DNA of 64,000 nucleotides from Octopus vulgaris. Taxonomy: Eukaryota. The DNA is taken from the NCBI GenBank assembly GCA_951406725.2, contig OX597814.1:221402001-221466000 (forward strand), written 5' to 3'. The notes beneath the pieces are model-generated. The model was given only the letters and a program-made list of their open reading frames with translations. It was not told the DNA's origin and made no database searches. Position numbers and translations under genes: made by a program. This document shows positions 57,213 to 64,000 of this stretch, in pieces (the stretch's first letter is position 1; each line of letters begins with the position of its first letter).

Positions 57213-58345
57213 AAACCAAATGGTGACCGGGCAAACGAGAAATAATGTACGCGGTAGCTCGACCTGTTATAAATAGCAGTCAAAATATCTTCCTCCAATA
57301 ACAACGTGAGAAGAAACGAAGGAAGGCAGGCAGGTGGAAGGAAGGAAGGAAGGACATGTTGAATATTGTGGATCAGAATACCATACATTTCAAAATTACA
57401 ATGGGACCTCTATAGTTAGAAACCCTCTGACTTTAGGTCTTCTCGGCAGAGATAACATGGGGCTAATCACCAACAATGACCCTAAGATGCTTGCAGGTAG
57501 ATGTATATGTAAAATTTTATCTCTTGTGACTATCCCATTATGTATAAGCAGATATGGCAAATAATACAAAACATAGAATAGATTTCGAAGCATCCTATAG
57601 CATCATGTAAATGAAGAAGGCTCTCTTGAACATAATGAGTTTAAGAATTAGGTAGTTAGAGATAAGTAGAAGATATTCAACGTGCTAAGAAGATACATGC
57701 GTATATACTCATGGATATCACGGATATCACGCCTAATAGGAAATCGATAGAAAATAGGCTGGAAAAAGAAGTGGAACAGCTACTTGCCTTGGTTAACGTT
57801 GCAAATGATATGCTACTATTGTTGAGGTTATCTTTAATGTTTTTCCTGTTGTTTCATATCAACGAGGTTAATGTTGATGGAGCAGACCTATGCTAGTCGG
57901 TCAAGTGCCAGGGTGTAATCAACATATCAAATGTTTCTTTTGTAACTTACATCTGATTACGTTGTCTGTTTACACTGTGCACTCCAATTTATAAGGATTC
58001 ATGCGGCTCCACGAATTGTTGAATGTTTTAGGAGTTCGTTTGCAACCTTGAGATTCAGTTTCGGTTCTGGAGAATGTTATTTACATGAAATTTCTTCTGT
58101 TTCAATATGAGGAAATTCTCGTGTAAGTTCATCGGATGACCTATAACTCTAATTAAGCAGGACAGACTTCTCATTTACTAAGCAGTGGTTATATTGAGGG
58201 ATGATTAACTTAGGGACAGAAGTATCTCAGACCCTTAAAATAGTTGAAAGAACAACTGGAATTATCAGTTGTCACAATAAATACATAGTATATTCACTTA
58301 TTGAGTTAACAATATAACTTTTTAATTGAGTTAGAAATTACTTAC

Positions 58346-58703
58346 AACAGTTTAATATTAATTTATTACGTATGAATATGACTACAACGGATATCATGAA
58401 AATACAAAATAATTTTTTTCCCTTCACCAGGATTATAGGAATGTATATGAAATGAAATCTTCTAAAATCTAAGCAGGGGATCATGGTGGAAAGTATGACG
58501 GAGCTGAGCCAATAGTACGTCCAACCAGATGATGATGTTAATTGAAATTGATTGGTTTGTAGTTCGTTTAGTATGTTAGATTGCTCATTGTCGCTACTAG
58601 TAGCATGAAGAGTGGTCTGCTCACTGGTGACTAAACCGACTTCCCATAAGGCGTGTTTAAAGAAGAGATTTTTCAAGAAAACTCAACGGAAACAAAACAA
58701 CAC
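58346..58703 (-). other. Candidate exon (5' UTR or uORF-bearing)
   Basis: Acceptor TCTGTCATTCTAACAG|G, donor TT|GTAAGT, and CCACCATG at 58484 opening 46 codons up to the donor. Confidence 0.4.
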
Positions 58704-59814
58704 CTGTTAGAATGACAGATATAACCAACGTATGGTCTATGGCTATCTAACAATATCACGGTGACTTAGAATTTCGATCCCAGTGCCCAGCGAGACCATC
58801 AGCAAGGTAGCACCGCTTAAATTCTGTTGGAACATGTCTCTAGGGAAGGCACAACTAAAGCTACAGTTACACCGGCGATTTAACCCTAGCTGGTAGTCTG
58901 TATTCGGTAAACTTAGAATTTAGATTAAGAGAACAACTCCATAAATTCTCATTGCCTGTGAGTACATACGAGAAAGCAATGGTTAATTCAATCAACCTAG
59001 CAATAAATCTAGTCAGAAGAACTCTCAGAGACCATCGACTCTATTTCTTTCTAAGAGATTACAATGCAACGTGTGTATTACACCCACAGCATTTAGCCAT
59101 AAAGATAGAAATATTTCATTTGTTCACTTTGCCCAGTATTTATGCCTTTCTAAAGTGAATTTCCGAAATATATTCGTTTCGTCCTGTCCAATAATGTTAA
59201 AAAGAATTATCAAACATACCTGTCTTAGAGACATTAGTGCTATTATACAAGAGAGTTTCTTTCATCTGAGAATTAAAATTGTACCAAGGAATATGACGCT
59301 GCAAAGTATACTACAGTCTCCTGCAGCTTCATATAATCATCTGAATTGAAGCTGAGGCCCTTCCTTGTAGTTGCTGTATGCATACCGGCACGTGGACGCA
59401 CTCAGAACACCTATTGTATCCTTTCCCGCGTATCACGGCTTCGTAGTCTCTGTTACAGCTGTCCATGTCACTCCTTGCTGCCTCTACAGTGTCCACAGCG
59501 CATTTAGCAGTAAACGTAGTGTTGGCATTTTAATACCTAGTGCGAATCCACGTGATACAGATAACTCTTTTCCAATACTCAGATGGCTTTCAGTCTTCCA
59601 TATCAGCTAAATTTTTCTCAATTGTAACTTTAAACTTTATGCTCTCCAACGGCGTTCACTGTTCACCAATATAACTGAGACATAAAACTCGCCAAATTGT
59701 ACCGAATATTATCGAATCCAGAAGGATGTTAGCTAAAATCGACTTCAGCGAATACGAATACAAAACAGAGATATATGTAACTACATTCAACAAAGCAGTC
59801 CTCCTGGAAAAGGA

Positions 59815-60000
59815 CCAGCAATTTTGGGGGGGTGTTAAATCGATTACATCGACCCCAGTGGCCAACTGAAACTTATTTAATCGGTGCCTAAAGGATGAAA
59901 GGTAAAGTCGACTTCGGTGGAATTTGAACCCAGAACTCAAAAACGGACGAAATACCGCTAGACATATTGTCAGTCGCGTTAACGATTCTGCCAGCTCGCC
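59815..60000 (-). mobile_element. SINE family B
   Basis: Family similarity. Confidence 0.85.
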
Positions 60001-60473
60001 AACTTTTACTTTGTAATAACATTGATGTCCGTGTTGCTTAGAGACATGGCAGCTCTGACGACAAGACCGTAGTTAAAGGCATTTAGTCGTGGTGATGTCA
60101 ACTTCGTTCATGGATTGTCGGTCTAGGTATAAGATACATTATTAATTCTCCCATTATTTTTTTTTAAGAATGCCATGGGTGATTTACTTGCTTTGATTCA
60201 AGTTGTACTAGCGTACCAAAGAGCAAGAACTTTACTTCAATATTCTGTAACATTCCTTATCAACATGAACTAATAATATTATTCACTTCGTTTTCTTTTT
60301 AGTCGCGTTTAACTTTGCTTTTCAGGATCGATAAAATAATGATATTAATTGAATCCCTCCCTTTGAAAATAAGCTAGATTTGTGCCTAAATTATAAACAA
60401 ATCTACCACCTGTATTAGAGAATAAATATTCACTATGAATAGTGGCTTTACTGAATCTGATATACATATCTTA

Positions 60474-60690
60474 AGACGGCGATCTGGCAGAATCGTTACT
60501 GGGCCGAGCTAAATGCTTAGCGGCAATTAGTCTGTCTTTACGTCCTGAATTCAAATTACGCCGTGGTCGACTTTGCCTTACATCATTTCGGGGTCGATAA
60601 AAAATGTACAAGTTGATCACTGGAGTCGATCTAATCGATTTTCCACCTCCCCTGAAATCGTTTCCCTTGTGCCAAAATTTGAAATCGTTA
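60474..60690 (+). mobile_element. SINE family B
   Basis: Family similarity. Confidence 0.85.
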
Positions 60691-61984
60691 TTTACCTGTG
60701 TCCCTTTACATTTTGACTATAAATCTCTTTCAAATTGATTTTTCGTTACATATTTACAAGGTAAAGAAAATGATTAGGAGTCGGGTACTGAATTCAATTT
60801 AATATTCTGCAGAAGCGATATCGCTCTGCTCTAATCTGCGTTCTTGTCCAAATTTAGATATCAATATCATTTATTCACGCATAAATATTTTTTCATAACC
60901 AGGCATTTTAATACACACCGGTTTAACTTTACCCAGAAGTGCAACATATCTCTCGTTACCAACGTGTATTGCTGAAACTTCCGAAATTGATATATAGAAA
61001 ATGTGAGCACTTTGCATATGTTTAAATATTAAATTGTGTAAACAGGCTTTGTTTTTAGATGATTTATATGACTGGGGAAAAAAGGTACAGAAAGTTGTTT
61101 AATTCCTCCTTTCTTTTCTTTGTAATTTTATTTATTTTTCTTTTGCTCTTTGCATATATGGAGAAAAGAAAGAGTAAAATGATAGAACCAAACATTTCCA
61201 TGATAAATATGTTATGAAACAAATATTTAAGCTTATTTAGCATTCTTCATTCCATCTTTCACACTCTATACTAGTTCTAGCTAAACTAGCAAGTTGTATT
61301 AATAGCACATATGCAGTAAACGAAAAAAAAAACGGTTAATATGATTCTGAACATTTACCAAATGTACGCAAATATAGAAGCATTTCACAAATCTGACAAT
61401 ATTTTCGCATTAACATTAGGGCAGTGAAATGATAAAATTCTACAGCATTTAGCTTTGGCATTCTATGTTGTGTGTTTAAATATAATGGAAAAGTCCAGTA
61501 AAACACTCTGTATACATATTTTTAGCAAATTGTATCATATTTTCTACACGTATTCATATTCTATTCATATGCACGATTGGATTATAGGGATATATTTTTA
61601 GATTGAATCAGGTTACTTTTCTCGTAATAGTATCTTTTACTTCTTATGCCATTACAATACACAAGACATCATAAAAGGGAAAAGTAAAAGTATTTTCTGT
61701 CTGTTCCAAAAACAGGAAGACGAATGGAAGTGACAGGTATCAACTCTCTTAACCAGTTATACTTATTAATATTATAAGACCCTTGTAAAATATTCCAGTC
61801 TGCAAAGACTTAGAAGAACAAACTTATCAAAAATAAGATAACTATCAAAATTTCGTTTGGAATGTAGATTGATAAATCGGCAGTTCGCATTCCTTCGGTG
61901 GTTACTATGTCTTGCTACAAGATAGGGTATCGTGTATATCTAATTAGCTGGAAATACAATGATGAAAGTCAGAAAATCTAAATA

Positions 61985-62840
61985 ATTGGACAAAATCCAT
62001 TACTATTATTTTTCCTCAAAACACAGCACTACCAAATGAAGCTCAGAGTGCCTTAGGCAGGTATGGCGATTTTTTAGTTATGGGTTTACTGTTGGTTAAT
62101 ACGACTATTATATTATAGGTAATATGCAATCAGAGCATCGTAGTGCTATTTTAATATACCGATGAATGCATTTTTGAGTCCTAATTGTAGCTTATTTATC
62201 TATGTATATGACCTTTTTCTCTAATGATCTAGAAATCATTTTTAATTAGGGGGATTGTGTGTATTTTCAGGCTCGACGTTGTAGTTTATTTGTATTAAGA
62301 ACACTTTACTCTATGTTGGAACAGGTACTGGTGCTTCTTTCAGTCTTATTATTTCTGAAAATATCCGTGAATTTAGCCTGTATCTCTCCGTCTACGACTG
62401 GAATATCTCGGTGTGTGGCCAATTATTCATTTTCTGAGGTCTTTTTGGGAAAAATTTCTGCAAATATTATATAATAGAATTTCCAGCATTTTGGAGCTCT
62501 AATTCAATCATACTTGTAAATTTTCTCTCTCTTGTTTATAAGGGAGCCTAGAAACAATTTGGTTAATTTTTTCATCCCAACTTCGATATAGTCTACATTT
62601 ACTTAATATGTTCTTCTGAAAGCTTTCCTCCTGTCAGTCAAATGCTGTGATTTTCCGTTTTCTGTTCCTCTTCTATTTCATTTTCAGTTTATTCACCATC
62701 TAAGTTTTTTCTTGACACCCTTTTAGCATAGCATTTTGCAACCTACCTTATTTTGAACTTACTTTTCAAATTTATCACTATTTCTGTAGTTTTTCTCCTA
62801 CTTCTCAAAGCTTTTGGCAATTTAGACTATGCTTTGAATT
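61985..62840 (-). mobile_element. Old, internally deleted R4/Dong remnant
   Basis: 3' motif CCTAAGGCACTCTGAGCT..GGTAGTG matches the Dong 3' UTR at 7432-7462; KMNNW-like RT remnant. Confidence 0.55.
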
Positions 62841-62849
62841 GGATTAGCA

Positions 62850-63165
62850 AAAAAGTACGTTTGTTTTTTTTTTAAAGCAAAAGATAAGACATAAGTTTTA
62901 AATACAAAACAGTTTATTCAGTCAACGTAATTACTGTTTCGTTCATTATGTTTCATCATCTTCACTGTTCCATGAATTTACAATATATTTACTGAAGAAA
63001 AACTCTTCCAGGTGAACTTTTACATCCTCTTCAGAGTTGAAGGTCGGTCCACTCCATGAATTGTGAAAAAACCGAAACAGGTGGAAATCTGAAAACGCAA
63101 GGTAGCGCGAATATGAAGAGTACAGCAAAACTTCCTGGCTAAAACCCAGTAACTTTTGTAAGGGA
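62850..63165 (-). mobile_element. Mariner transposase C-terminal fragment
   Basis: YSRYLAFSDFHLF (YSPDLAPSDFHLF motif) ..FNSEEDVK..EEFF. Confidence 0.85.
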
Positions 63166-63975
63166 ATATGGGTCGGTTGCAGGAACCAAAATCAACGTCG
63201 CCAAGTCGATGGGATTGCGACTGGGCATTTGGAGAAGCAGATTGATGCCGTCGGACGCCGGACTGACGGGCCAGTTAAACTACTCGGGGTCTGGTTTGGT
63301 CCCGACGTCCAGGTGACGAACAAGGTAGCCTGTCTTACCCAGAAATGGGCAGAAAGGAAGCTGTCCCTGAGAGGTGGGGAATGATTACATCACCTCTGTC
63401 ATTATTTTCGTTTGACCGTCGTGCCTTGTCTCGGTTACTGTTTGATTAGATATGAGCGTATCGTTTTTATCGTTCCAATGATCAGGCGATCTGTCTGCTA
63501 CCAACTCCCTCTGCGTGGCGGCTTAGGTATGCCATTGCTTTTGATGCACAGACACGCATCTAGGTTGTGCCACCTGCAACGATTACTCCTTGACGGAGCT
63601 GCAGTCATCGGTAAAGGATAGGCTGAGATTAGGCGCCTGATACTTAGAATGTCGTAAGGTGCTCACTGTCCTCTACAAGTCAGGCAATAGGATCGGTGGA
63701 TCCTCTATAGCTAAAGGATCGGTAGATCCTCTAGCTCTACACAGCTGTTGTTGCGTTTAGGGCACATCCGTCTGTCAGCCGAGTTCATAGTGATGATTGC
63801 CTCGCCGCTCTCCTTTAATCGGGCAGTCAAAGCAATTTTCCTTCGTCTAGTGGCTGTGGCGAAAGAGGTAGTCTGGTGGACGAGGCTGAAACATTCCTCT
63901 TCGGTAAAGCCCTTATGGACTTTTTCAAGTTTCACTTGAAAAGGTAAGTATGGGTGGAGAGAGAGATGCGGAGGG
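63166..63975 (+). mobile_element. Tx1/L1-like LINE remnant
   Basis: GTKINVAKS..VKLLGVWFG..WAERKLSLRG..PLRGGLGMP; same family as 1925-3070. Confidence 0.78.
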
Positions 63976-64000
63976 AACTTATGAAAAGGGTGGATGAAAA

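Noticed and set aside
62271-62324. Apparent plus-strand 54-nt exon (ARRCSLFVLRTLYSMLEQ)
   Set aside because: It lies antisense to a decayed Dong-like remnant and the donor is weak.

Overview
AT-rich, microsatellite-dense eukaryotic DNA. The SINE families and the (TA)n/(TAA)n load resemble an Octopus (coleoid cephalopod) genome, but this is an inference. Most of the window is transposon-derived: a cluster of R4/Dong-type restriction-like-endonuclease LINEs in (TAA)n arrays (one near full length, 3.4-7.5 kb), an APE-RT LINE with an intact 604-aa RT ORF, Tx1-like and RTE remnants, a decayed Ty3/Gypsy element, Tc1/mariner remnants, MITEs and foldbacks, a small Helitron, Penelope-like remnants and four tRNA-derived SINE families (my labels A-D). 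The most interesting signals are: (i) five minimal type I hammerhead-ribozyme motifs of three designs; (ii) a shared, covarying 3' stem-loop linking SINE family A to two LINEs; (iii) three minus-strand segments with strong splice sites suggesting a large-intron host gene, plus a possible plus-strand microexon-built small ORF; (iv) unusual insertion structures (a twin-priming-like inverted SINE, an RT fragment nested in another LINE between 8-bp direct repeats, and a 648-bp duplication bracketing a LINE fragment). There is one 100-N gap. No CRISPR, rRNA or genuine tRNA genes were seen. Boundaries of degraded elements are approximate and family names come from motif recognition by eye, not from database searches.
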